The notes under the pieces: generated by a model | Database searches by the model: none | What the model saw: only the letters and a program-made list of their open reading frames with translations | What the model was told of the DNA's origin: nothing | NCBI GenBank assembly: GCA_002633005.1 | Contig: NMRA01000014.1 | Coordinates: 672,955 to 736,954 of the forward strand | Length of the DNA stretch: 64,000 bases | From: Phoronis australis | Lineage: Eukaryota; Animalia; Phoronida | Direction: 5' to 3' | Translations under genes and position numbers: made by a program | Shown here: one piece after another, positions 36,460-48,867 of the stretch | Position numbering within the stretch: position 1 is the stretch's first letter | Layout: the number at the start of each line of letters is the position of its first letter

Positions 36460-39400
36460 AAAGACTGAGCTGGGGAGTTCACAAAAGAGCCCGTCTGGAA
36501 AAGTTACTGAAGGACAGAACGATGTAATGGAGTCAATCAAGTCACATATGAGGGAAGGGTACATGTGGATGGAAAAGATATCACTAACCGAGACCCTTGG
36601 AGACGGGGTAAAGGTGTCACGGGCAGCCCATCAAGCTGCACATAACAGGAGCCAGTCATTCGAAGTAAGCATTACCTCACAAACGCCTATGATTCGTCAC
36701 CAGGCCCACTCGGTTGCCACCATCATGCACTGCATGCATAAGAATCAAAACACAGTGGCTTTCCTTAACCCAGGACAAACCTCAGTTCTAGCTGTTGACC
36801 AGCCACTGTTTGCTCTATTTTTTGCTAAGCATGTCCAGTGGCAGTGGCCAGAGGAGTATGGAGAGGACAAGTTTGTCATCATGTTCGGGGGACTTCACAT
36901 TGAGATGGCTGCACTGAGATCAGTAGGGACCCTCCTATAAGACAGTGGCTGTACTAGTGCTATTGCTGAAGCAAGTGTGGCATCATCTGGTACAGTGTCA
37001 AGTGTCACCAGGACAAGACTTGCCCACCAGATCACAGCACGCAGCTTGTACAGATTAAGGAAGCTCAGCGTGACCACTCCTCCGAGTGTGAGGTGTCGGG
37101 CACTACTCCTATAGCATTTGAAGACTGACGTGAGAGGCAGAGGAGTACAAGTCCACAATTCCAGTTTTGGAATCTGGTGCTGGATATGGAGCTTGCCATC
37201 GTTCTCTTGATCCGCTCTTTTAAGGAAGGAGACTTTGAACTCTACCGAGAATCCTTGACAGAACTGATTCCATACTTCTTCACGAAAAACAGTATGAACT
37301 ATGCCAGATGGCTCCCAATGCATTGGCGGGATATGATGTCTCTTGATCACCAACACCTAGGTGTCGCCAGGGTGTTTCACAAGGGGAACTTCGTCATTCA
37401 CAAACCAAATTGTGAATTTTCGGCAATGGCGATAGATCAACCTCAGGAACAAACCAATGCAGTAATCAAAAGTGATGGTGGAGCTGTTGGGATAACTGGG
37501 GATCCTGCAGCACCGAGGAGATGGATGCTAGCTAGACCAGAAGTGAGTCGTTTAGTTGATGGCTATGAAATCTTATCATGCGTTAAGGACACAGCTATCA
37601 CCACTAAACACCACGAGCAGAATACAAGTACCCAGCGGGCATTCCTTGAAAAGGTTAAGGCGCTACAAAGAGTCCTGAAAGAGATGGGCAATCCTTTTCA
37701 AGAAGAGATAGCAGACCTCCTGGTTCTAGACACAGATCCACCGCTATCTGAGCTCGTTGCCACACACCCTGAGAGAGGAAAACAACAGTTCAAGTTATTT
37801 GTAGAAGGCCTGGAGAGTGAAGATACAAGTGCACTCTACCGGCCCATTAGGAAGAGCAAGATTGCCTTCTTGAAACATGAGAAGTTTGCCTATAGTTCCC
37901 AGGAAAAAGCCATGAAAGAAGATTGTCATCTGTTCTCCAGACTATTCATCTCCTGCCAGGTTAGACTGTTCGATTTGCAGGAGTTCTTCGCTCATGAGAA
38001 CCAAACAGCTCCTGGTTCACTCAGTGACAATGGCAATCTCCATGCATCCCAAAAGTCACAGTTGGTGGACATTCTTGAATCCGGAGTCACTCTACCAGAA
38101 AGCAAACCAGAAGGAGATACATGTACCATCATCATTGATAGCTCAGCTCTGATTAATGTCATACCCCCGCGGAGCTCAAAGTCATTTGATGATTATGTCA
38201 AAGAAGATTTTCTACCAAAGTTGGAGTGCTATGCTGCCAAATACGAACGGGATGACATTGTATTTGATGTCTACAAGAAGCTGAGCCTAAAGTCTGAAAC
38301 CAGAACCAAAAGAGGACTTGGGATCAGGAGAAGAGTAACAGGAAGTACCAAGACGCTTCAAAACTGGAGAAGCTTTCTGCGAGATGATAGCAATAAGACT
38401 GAATTATTTAATTTCTTCGCAGAGAAAACGCGTGATATTGAGACAAAGGGCACCATCATCGTGACAAAGGGGGGTAATGTCATCAGCAACAGAGCGAGGT
38501 CCCATGAGGAAGCTGACACCAGAGTGTTTGTACATGTAAGGGACGCGACCTCACAAGGTACCAAGTCCCTTATCATCGAAGCAAACGACACTGATGTTGT
38601 CATCATAGCAGTGTCGACCATGCCATTCTTACAACACCATGGGCTAGAACACTTGTGGATAGCCTATTAAGGAGCCAGTGCTCGGTGGATTCCTGTTCAC
38701 GACGTAGTTTCTTCAATAGGGCCGAAGAAAGTCAGCGGTATCCTTTTCTTTCATGGTTTCACAGGCTGTGATGTGGTTTCAGGTTTTCGTGGCAAAGGAA
38801 AAAAGTCTGCATGGCTGACATGGAATGTGTGTGTGTTGATGTTACTGAAACCTTCAAGAAACTCAGTTACTGTTTGGGAGATATTTCAGACGATAACCTG
38901 CAGAATCTAGAGAACTTCGTTGTCCTAATGTATGACATATCCAGTGCAGCTAGTGGTGTCATGGTTGGATCATTTTTTCCGCAAGCAGAGGACTTATGAT
39001 GCGATTCCACCAACCAGAGATGTCCTGAAAGAGAATGTCAAACGTGCTGCCGACCAATGTGGGATCATCTGGAGCCAGGCGACAGTCTCGAGCTCAAAAA
39101 CCAGCACTCCTACTGATTGGGGTTAGATTCAATGTGAAGAGTTATGGAAAATACACTGGACAACCATTCCACCAATAGCTGCGTGCTGCCAGGAATTGAC
39201 AAAATGCTGGTGTAAGAAAGGCTGTACCCGGAGCAGGACTTTCTTGTGTCGCTCGTTGTAGTTGTGTATGTGACCAGTAACGTCATTGTGTAAAGGAATT
39301 CATAATAGAAAATAGATTCTGACATATTATTTTAGCATTAATATGATTTTCATGTTCGACTAACATTGTGATTTATGATTCCGTCCATTTATTTTGTATT

Positions 39401-39767
39401 TGATGTTCGAGAGTACAGTTCCGTTTCTCGTTAATAAAATTTCTTTTGATGTTGTATTTTTTTGTTTATTTTATCAGTAGTTGCCCACATGGTGTTAACA
39501 TGCTTCTGAAAATATCAAAAATGAATTTAGCATATCTAAAAACCTACAATTTGGCAAGTTCAAGAAAATCGGTTGGACAGAGACAGATTTATGAGGAAAA
39601 GCATTACCCGCAAGCACTAAATGGTGGTCTTTTTGAAAAATGTCCGCCATTTTGGATTTTTAGGTGGCTAGTCGAGTACATCTGTTGAGCATAGCTTAGG
39701 ATGTCACTATGCAAATTTTGGTGCTTTATCATTAAATGCATGATTTTTTTCAATATCTGCCCAGCTA
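36460..39767 (+). mobile_element. Academ DNA transposon 2, 5'-truncated
   Basis: Transposase+XPG pseudogene with a right terminus ...CTGCCCAGCTA (revcomp TAGCTGGGCAG) at 39767. No matching left TIR seen. Confidence 0.85.
36527..39290 (+). pseudogene. Academ transposase with XPG/PIN-like nuclease domain and C-terminal Cys cluster
   Basis: Motifs AVDQPLFAL, MFGGLHIEM, NYARW, AIDQPQEQTN..IKSDGGAVG, IIDSSAL, DIVFDVY, HEEADTR, DTDV, FHGFTGCDVVSGFRGKGKKSAW and ELTKCWCKKGC. Several stops and frameshifts; longest piece is 37177-38670 (497 aa). Confidence 0.9.
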
Positions 39768-40610
39768 AGAATCCTATTGAGCTTCTTATTGAACTGCCGA
39801 TAAGATACTATTAAACTTCCTACAGAATCAAATGGAACTTCCATAGAATATTATTGAACTTGCTACAGAATCCTATTAACCTTCCTGTATATTCCAATTG
39901 AACTTGCTATAGGATCCTACTGAATTTCCTATAGGATCCTATTGAACTTCCTATAGAATGCTATTGAACTTCCTATAGAATGCTATTGAACTTCCAACAG
40001 AATCCAATTGAACTTTTTTTGTTTATTTGTGATATTTAAAATATATTATAATACAATGAAGAAATCAGTTTTAATCATGCTATAAGATTCTATTGCACTT
40101 ATAATAGGATCCCACTGAACTTCAAATAGGATTCTAAAGAACTTCATATAGAATCTTATTGAACGTTATATAGGATCCTATTAGACTTCCTAAAAATCCT
40201 ATTGAACATTGAACTTGTTATCAAATCATATTGTACTTCCTATATGATCCCATGAACTTCCCATAAGATCCTATTGAGCTCCCTATAGAATCTTTTTGAA
40301 CGTCCTACGCATCCTATTGACCTCCCTACAGAATCCAATTAAACTTCCAATAGAATCCCACTTCATGTAGACTCCTATTGAAGTTCTCATAGGATCCCAC
40401 TGAACTTCCTATAGGATCCTATTGAACTTCCTATAGGATCCTATTGAGCTTCATGCAGAGCTTCCTTTAGAATATCGTTGAACTTCAACAGGATTCCGTA
40501 GTAACTTCAATATGATTCTACATGAACTTCCAATAGAATCCTATTGAAGTTCTATAGAATCCCGCTTAACATCCTATAGAATTCTACTGAGCTTCCTGTA
40601 GATGGAACTC
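39768..40610. repeat. 22-bp tandem satellite, consensus GAACTTCCTATAGGATCCTATT
   Basis: Two blocks (~39768-40015 and ~40075-40610) of degenerate units; near-perfect units at ~40402-40448. Confidence 0.9.
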
Positions 40611-40813
40611 CCTTAAAACAACATAAAGGGTTATCTATATGTCATTCGCTATAGCTGTTTCATTTCTGGTGTTTTAAAATATAATGTTGAGTTTAAATAA
40701 CTAAGGGAACGTTTTATGTGTATGGCTTAATGGCTACAATGGAGAGTTTTTCAACTGGAAAACAGGTGTCACTGAAAGACGATTAAATGAACAGAAATAT
40801 GTACAGCAATTAA

Positions 40814-43800
40814 GAGGCAGTCCATATAAAACCAGTAGATTTTCAAAAATCAGTTTATACGTCAAAATTTAAAACAACTTCATTTTTGTACATGGGTAGG
40901 TATCCTAACAAAAACCCAAATGCCAAATTTTGTGCACTCAATGACCCCTAATCTAGCCGCTGTAGCATGATAACACAAATTGGCACAATTGGGCATATTT
41001 GCCGTTTCAAAAATCGCACGTTTTCAGCAACAAAAATTAGTGTTACAAAATAGATCAAAAGCTATATTTTGGTGGCTGAAATAACCACCGTATACTGTGC
41101 ATAAATCTGTGCCATTTATTAAAATCTGACAGTTTTGTGCTAGACAGGGGAGATAATCCACAGACCACTTTTTGGAGCTAATTTTAGTGGCCATTTTTGT
41201 GACCTTCATACTGCCATAAAACACCTTGAAGCCTTATGTGACGTTTTGAACATACAGTTAAAGAGTTAGTCTTGATGACTGAGCAATAAAAAATCTTGCC
41301 TCACCTTTGCACTTTAGTGAAAATTGTCTTGCAAAACTGTCTATTTCCATAGTTTGGAAATGACGAGCAGAGCTTACAAACCATTTGAACAAACTTTTAG
41401 GCAAGAAGTCTGCTTTAAATATTTATAGAAATCAAGTCTAAACTCTTTGAAATGAAAACGAGATGTTTTCCGGGTTTATTACGCGGCTACTATCAAAACT
41501 GAACCCGATGACCTTTGCCCACTGAGAAAGTCAGTTGAGGTTAAGCTTGAGGATAAATAAAAATGTACGTGTAACCCTCTTGTATTCTTTCATTTGTTTT
41601 ACATTATCAGGTTAATTTAAACACTCTGTAGAACTTTTAAATGGAAATAAATGCCTTTAAGATTTAACGAGTAAGAATTGATATTTGTAATGACTGGTTT
41701 TGAGAGAAGCAAGTGCATTTTAAAAAGACAAAATGGCGGACGATGTCGATGGGCCTTCATGTTCCTTTAGAGTTGATTCTGCAAAAAATCCGATCACAAA
41801 AGCTTTGTGCTTTAGTGAGTTATGTCAAAGACACCACTGAACATTTGAGATACAGGAAACTACCTCACAAAGCAAGGCCTGTGCCAGAGTACAGACTCGT
41901 ACTTGTCAGAGTCGGTGAATTTCTGACTGAACAGGACCAATCATGGAAGAGTGAGGTAATGCTGGATGTTACCATTCTGCTCCTCTCCTCCTGAACGTAG
42001 CAGCCTTGTCAAATGCTACCGGCATTTCTGTTTCGAGATATGATTTAGTGACAGTCAGAATGGAAAGGATCTCTGTGATCGCAAACAACATGCCGAAGGT
42101 AACAATATCATAAACTTTCTGGATTTGAAAGAAGCATTACTTTCCATTGGTCGTGTGAAGGGATGCTATGTGTATGCTTGTTCAGTCAATGTAACAAGTC
42201 TTTTCCAAAATACTCAGTTCCTGGTATAAGCACATTCCCAAATTTCCACAATTCCCGGCACCCAAGGAATTCGCGTGTGGAAATCTTTCCATGTAGTTGA
42301 CGGTAAGTGACAAATACTGAGGAAATGGGAAACATATTTCTCTAAAATACACTAACTTCTCTAGAATGGCGGATTTTCAACACCAAGAGTTGGCATTGTA
42401 TCTAGTGAAGAGCCTCAACATGAAAAGTTCCCTTGTACCCAGCAAGGTTACTCGAAATTTTTGCTACAGATGCAGAACTAGGTCAGCATTTGGATGTGGG
42501 TAAAGACACTGAACATTTACAGAGGGAAACCACGTATGACCACATCGCTCGACAGTGGTCAGAAATGTTTTCAGATGCAAGAACCGGAGCGTCATTTGAG
42601 GCAGCCTCAGAGTACTATTTGGATGAGACGAATCCTGAAGCAATAGGTTACGCATTGAAAAAAGGTAAAAGGTCAACAAGATTTTCAGCAAAGGTTAAGA
42701 ACATTCTGACGAACATATTCGATGAAGGAAATAAGTCAGTTAAAACGTTCACCCTCGGAAGTGCCAAAATGGAGAAAACAGTACGAGAACCCACTGGGAA
42801 AGATGTGTGATATATGAAGTCGAGACCTTTACTTCTGTTTACTTGATGTCTGTCTTGAATGAGTCATTAATAAAATTGTCTCTCGTGAATTATTTTCTAT
42901 TGACTGTGAATGTGTACCTTTTTATACCACTGATGATCCCACTGCCAGAAATATTCAGCGTTAGGGTGCCCGGTGTGTGGGGGGTGGAACACCAGGTTTC
43001 TGGCGACTGGTGGCGACTAAAATTTCTAGCAACCAGCAGGGACATTACAATATGAACCCAGTTACAATGACTATTTGCACTGAACACTAGGGGGCCATAT
43101 CCAACTTGGGTGACTTCCTTTGCCTGTGGCACGAACAAGGCAGATAGAAAACAAGGGAGGGGTGAGTTCGGTAACACTAGAACCTCTCTAAAATTTATCC
43201 AAAACCACGTGTTCTCATTTAGAATGCAGAGCAATATCTCGCGAAGTTTTGAATTATAGCAAGGTCCTCGTGTTACTGCTCTTATTCTAGATGCGTCTTC
43301 AGTCTCCACGTAAACAAAAGCAGCGCCATCTATCATTTAGAAGCACGCATGCCTGATTTACGTACATATTTTTGTAATAAGCAATAATCATCAATGCCGT
43401 TTTCAGAGAATGGTACATGTAATTAATAATGCTGTCTGCCTTTTCTCCAAAATACAAGCTATTTATGCCGTGTTTCGCAAGCTAATTATATGTTCCAAGA
43501 GCCCCCTATTGGCAGCAGCGGCAATTGAGAACATTCAAAAGGACGAAGTGCAGTTCGTGTAATGCTTCGTACGCAAAAACTACATTAGAGGCAAGATTTT
43601 TTATTTTAGATTATGAACAGGTTAGGAATGACTGAAAAAATTATTATAAAGTCAATTTCAGGAAAGGTGCGTTATGGCTGCTACAGAGTGCCAAATTTGG
43701 CCGAAAATGGCTTCAGTGAAAACCTGAAAAATAGCCATTTTTGCCTCACAAATTCAAAACGTACAAATTTAAAAATGGATTTCGAAAGTTATGCCATTAA

Positions 43801-44068
43801 ATTATTCAGCCATCGCCCTTTCAATTCGTATTATTCATTTGTTTTTACCTCACCACACATGCTACTAAAATGCATTCAAACATGCCTACCTCGACGCCCA
43901 ATTTTGTTGCAAAATGGAGGTACAGGTCATAAGAAGAAAAATAATGAATGAAAATTCTTAAAGTGAGGTTTTCTACATCTCAATAAACCACACTCATGTG
44001 CTAAGTTTCAAAAAAATCGGTGATTTTGGGTATAGAATCTACGTGTTGGTTTTTATATGGAGTCACTC
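40814..44068 (+). mobile_element. Sola3 DNA transposon, internally deleted
   Basis: TTAA flanks (40810-13, 44069-72) and GAG..CTC termini. TIR GAGGCAGTCCATATAAAACCA vs GAGTGACTCCATATAAAACCA. Transposase relics inside. Confidence 0.8.
41950..42810 (+). pseudogene. Sola3 transposase C-terminal remnant
   Basis: GNAGCYHS (like SDNAGCYH), RYD/FSDSQNGKDLCDRK, then HLDVGK..ETTYD and GYALKKGKRSTRFSAKVKNILTNIFDEG. Confidence 0.7.
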
Positions 44069-45025
44069 TTAACTACTCAGCATAGTCTTACACATCTGAC
44101 TATCAGAGAACAGTATATAAAAGCCAATAGCATTCAGCATTTTAATATTAAGTTAGTACTTAAAATGTTTTGAAAAAGCAAAAAGGAACACAGAAGACTC
44201 TTGTAGGCACAGTTTATTGCACCCATTGGACTGTGGACATTGTTTAAGAACACAGTGCACTGCTTTACAAAATCGTTGAGGTCACCTGTGTGCCAGTGGA
44301 ACGTTTCCAAAGAATTTCTTTTGTTGAGAACACTTTTATGTATTATGTATGCATTAGAAATGTCATCATAGGAAATCCCATTGGATTTCTTAGAAGCTTT
44401 ATAAGAATTCCTATAGGCATGGTGGTGTGATTTACTTTGCAACACTAAACCATGAATGGTTGACTCCATTAGGCTACATTGCATTACATAATGAAATGTT
44501 GTTTACAAATGTGCTATTACCCCTGAAGATTGTCTCTGTTCGCAGCTTAGAAACAATACAATTTTCTTCATTGATCCTCATGGAACTTACACACTACATG
44601 TGCCTTACTTTTATGTCAAAGCCTGTAATTTTTAGTTGAATTTGGAAGCAACATGGAGCATTGGCAGCCATTTTTTCCTTTTCTGGAGTCGGTTTTACAA
44701 ACATGTAATTGTTTTGAAATTTATTGATAGAGGTCAAGCGTTCTCAGCATGAAATTACCTATTTCTCGCATGGATTTACCATTGTCATTTTATTCGGCGT
44801 CTTTGACTTTTACAGGTAATCTTTTAATGAAATTGGCCTTCCGGCACATTTGTTGGTCTATCATACTGTGTCACAGGTGACATTTTTCATCTAATGGACA
44901 TGAAATTTACATGCGTGGTCCATTTCGTCAAAAGTACAAGGACTGTGGTTTTCGAGCAAAAACTCACGCAAGACGATAGCTGTCATCATAGGCTATTTGT
45001 CTCTCGTTAGCTGCTACCGTTCCTG

Positions 45026-46290
45026 TTAACTGAGAGGTGAAGATGGAGAAGGTCGCTTCGGCGACTGTGTCTGTAACATTGCAAACAACTTGTTAAAATT
45101 GTTTGATACTTCCCTCCGATTTTCTAAAAGGTCAGACTTCAACTCACTTATCTTCTTATGAAGCTTAGCATTGTCAGTCATAAGGAATGAAACCGACGCA
45201 TCTAAGTCATTGCACCTACCCTCAAGAGCATCTAATCGAGACTCTAAGGAGCCACGAGGAATGAACTTAAGAGCTGGCTTCTTGGTTACTTGGCGAACAG
45301 AAACTTCATCTTCTTCCATATTCCCTTCTCTACAAAGAGATACCGACTTCGGTGAATTGGAAGTAGTCATCAAGTCTTTGGTTGTTGAAAACCACCTAGC
45401 GGCATTCAAGACAGCCATGAGTGTACTTGGTCGACCGTTTATAGCCAATTGCGCAACCTCTCCTGTAGACCTAAACAGAACCGAAGAACCGCCTGAGCTT
45501 CATCAGAGTCCCTCTCCTCTAGAAAGGCCAACAAGAATAAACTTGTAAGACGGTCAGCCCATTTTTCTAAGGTTTCGTCAGAAGTCTGATTGGCTGACTG
45601 GAACCTAAGTTGGTGCACTTCATTGCACTCGACATCTGCCCCAAAACGATAGGTCATATGATCCACAATTTGGTCGAAACTTGAGTATGGGTGAGCTTTA
45701 ATGTGGTTGAAAAACCAACGAGAGGCATCACCTTCCAAGCACAAGCCCAGCTTCGTTCTACATTTTTGACCTGAACAAAAATTGCCTCGGGTAACATTTC
45801 TGAATTTCCATAGAACGACCTCACATGTACCTATCTTGCCACTAAAGATAAGGTTGCGTGGGATACGTGACAGGTAATGAGTGCCACAGCCAGAGGGCGT
45901 AGGTGACATGCTAGTATGCAAATGAGTCTTTGCATAAGCAATGCCACTACCAGTCTTTGACGACGGAGTCAGTTTAGCTGCCAACTTGGAAAATGAATAG
46001 TCAGGGCTAGAGGTAAGGGTAACTATTGATGAGGTTTTCTTACCAAATTCGTCACAAACCTTGACTACTTCCTCCAAATCTTCAGGCAGACCACATGGGG
46101 CTGTAAAGTCTATGGACTTCTGCAGAGTCTTGGTTGGCTTCCAACTGGAATGTATCTTGCGCACATTCTCTGGAGTAATAGCTAATATTTCTCTGAAGTC
46201 CATATCTGCAGCAGCAACATCAGTAGTCATACCCGAAAGGTCCAACAGTGTTGCAGCGTCACAAGAATTGATAATAATATTGGACGTCAT
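45026..46290 (-). mobile_element. Gypsy-type gag ORF (frameshifted near 45445)
   Basis: LGLCLEGDASRWF...FDQIVDHMTYRFG...RFQSANQTSDETLEKWADRL...RFCLGL (retrotransposon capsid, Q...E motif), continuing into a coiled-coil-like ORF at 45448-45026. Confidence 0.7.
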
Positions 46291-46549
46291 TATAAGGTGC
46301 CCAAAATGGGTGTGGCACTAGGGAAATAATAAGTCTGCAAAGACTGAAATAGTAAATAATAATACCAAAAAATTATACCAATACCAGACAAAAATGGAGA
46401 ATGCAATAAACGAAACAGCTGAACACTCGTGTTCAGTGACCAACCGGCTACGACACGAGTGGTAACGAGCCACAAGGAAAAACAAATCCACGAGTTACTT
46501 TGAACTACGCGCCACTCGGTGTAAAGGTAGAAACTGCACGTAGCAACTA

Positions 46550-48864
46550 CAGCACACATCACGAATTTTTGGCCGACCGGTCGGAAACTGGTCGACGACC
46601 GGCCGTCGACCGGTCGTCTAGCCGACCAGCAGCCGACCAACAACGGTCGACTAGGAGCCGTCTACTGAGTCGCCTCTGTGGTCGGCACTTGGGTAGGCTA
46701 AGTAGTCGCCTAGCGTAGACGACCAATTCGGATTAAGCGTGTCCTTGGTCGGCAATTACCATTTTATGACTTAACGGGTGAACTTTGGCCAAACAAACAT
46801 TTTACTGTTCGCTGTTCGTTTACCACTGGCAACTCAGGTCTTGACATCGGTTTATAAACTTTTGCTGAACTATTGAAAGGAAATAAAATCGAATCAACCT
46901 ACAAAAACGAAGTGCGTGACATTACACCAGCCTAAAACTTTATGTTGAATTAATGACGGCGTGGTAAAATCAAACGTTAAGTGATATCGCGGAAGCATAA
47001 TTTCTAAATTTAGATTTGAGACATTTTATAGAGTACATTTTGCACAAAAACAAGCACGAAATTTGAAATTTACAGTAAAATTGCATAACAATCAGAATAC
47101 AACAGTCAATACACGACCTCAAGTATTTTCATGCTGCGGAATGCTCAACAAGCATCACGCATTTGCGCTCATCCGTTATTGCTCTTGATGATCACTTCAT
47201 CACGCTGTCTATCGCGATTTACCACAGATAATTATCGCTTATTTCTGTATAATTTCTTAATATGTTGGTTCAGCAATCGAACCCAATTTTATTTTAGAAA
47301 CAACATAAACAATGGTTTGAACATAGCGCCGATATTAAATCGTGGGCGCATGAAAACGGAAGACTGATCGGTTTATAGTGTCATCCATCATCCGTCATCA
47401 TTCAAAAATTGTTCACTTTCGCAGTAAAACATCTTTTCGAAACTAGAGCCTTCCTATGTAGCCAGCTTGTTGCATGAAGACTATTTTCAAAATACAGCAA
47501 GGTGCCACTGCTTATTGAGACCAAACAGACCTCGATACTTCACACAGCCCGGATAGTTACGTTTGTCACCTCGTCGAAAAGCTTGTATCAACATGAGCTC
47601 AAGACTGGCGGGCGTGCATGCAAAATCTGGAAGTCAAATGGCATTCAAATTGCCCGTTACGGCCGTTTAAGTGAGAAACATCCGACGTCATCTCCTTACG
47701 AAATTCTCTGCTTTTTCAACGAAAAAACGTTTACCGTCGTTTTGAAAAAAGTTCATTGTGACACGCGCCACTTCCAAAATGTTTTCAACATCTCCCATTA
47801 TATGATGAACACACCTCAGCAAAAATTGTTCTAAAATTCGGTTCACTGATATCAAAATTCCAAAAACATATAATGAAGTGAAACCAATTCTGATCATTTG
47901 TTGTAAAGTTTACGTAACCTCGAGGGAGAACGTTTGATTGAAGAATCTGGGAAAAAGAAACTGGCTAAAAGGTGACGCAATATTTCATTGGGGCGAAAGT
48001 CGACGCATAAGATCACAACATAACTTTAGCAGCAGAATAATTGTAGAAAACCATTTTTTGCAACGCTGGTAAATAATTTAGTTTACTCTAGGAAGATTTT
48101 ATTCGGTCAGTTTTTACCCACAATGGCGCAAATTTGTATATTTAATTTAGTAAACAGCTTCGCACCAAGGCTACAGCCTTCCGAGCCCTTTCGCGTAAGA
48201 ACACAATACTTGGCGTTTCGCGTATACTCCAAGGGGTAAAACTTTGAAAATAATATTTTCGGGGTAACCTGGTACATGTAATCCTAAAAAAGTAGTCTGT
48301 GTTTTCATGTAGAGCGTAAAATGATTAACCCATTGATTCAAAAAGAACACTCTCGCAAACGAAAACGCACACAATTTTCAGCTATATTACACTGGTTAAA
48401 AAACAACTTCTATAAGTTTATTGCATCGGATTCTAGTGATCACAGGACAAGTCAAAACTTATAAAGGGGCGCAATTTCAAACCTTTGGCATGAATCAGTG
48501 ATATAAAAATAGAAATACATGTAGACCGACTTTAGTTCATCAGCAATCTAGACACAACAGTTACAGACACTCACTGCGTTTGTTAACGTCTTGTGGCAAT
48601 GATAAAATTAATTTTTTCTACTATGATTGAGAACAAGTTTTACTCTGATGAGGTATGATGCAATATGCACGTCTGATATGCAGAGTCAGCAGTTGCAAAA
48701 ATATTTACTGGGTTTAATGAATCCGGTAGTTATGAACTACTGCAAAAGTATAATTACTAATTGTACATTCGAAGCACGCCTCATTAGAATAAAAACATAC
48801 ACATGCCTGATGATCCTGGGAGTACCTCTTTCACACGCATGAATGAAGATATATAGTTGTTAAG
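46550..48864 (+). mobile_element. Family T copy D, 3'-truncated
   Basis: TA|CAGCACACATCACG start; colinear with the reverse complement of 27404 to ~25100. Stops where Academ 3 begins. Confidence 0.88.
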
Positions 48865-48867
48865 TAC

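Noticed and set aside
39768-40610. CRISPR-like regularly spaced palindromic repeats
   Set aside because: Units are head-to-tail with no unique spacers, there are no cas genes, and the context is eukaryotic.
46300-46549. Possible PBS (TAGTGCCACACCC on the minus strand) and 5' LTR for the gag ORF
   Set aside because: Imperfect TGG start, no CA LTR end next to it and no second LTR found.
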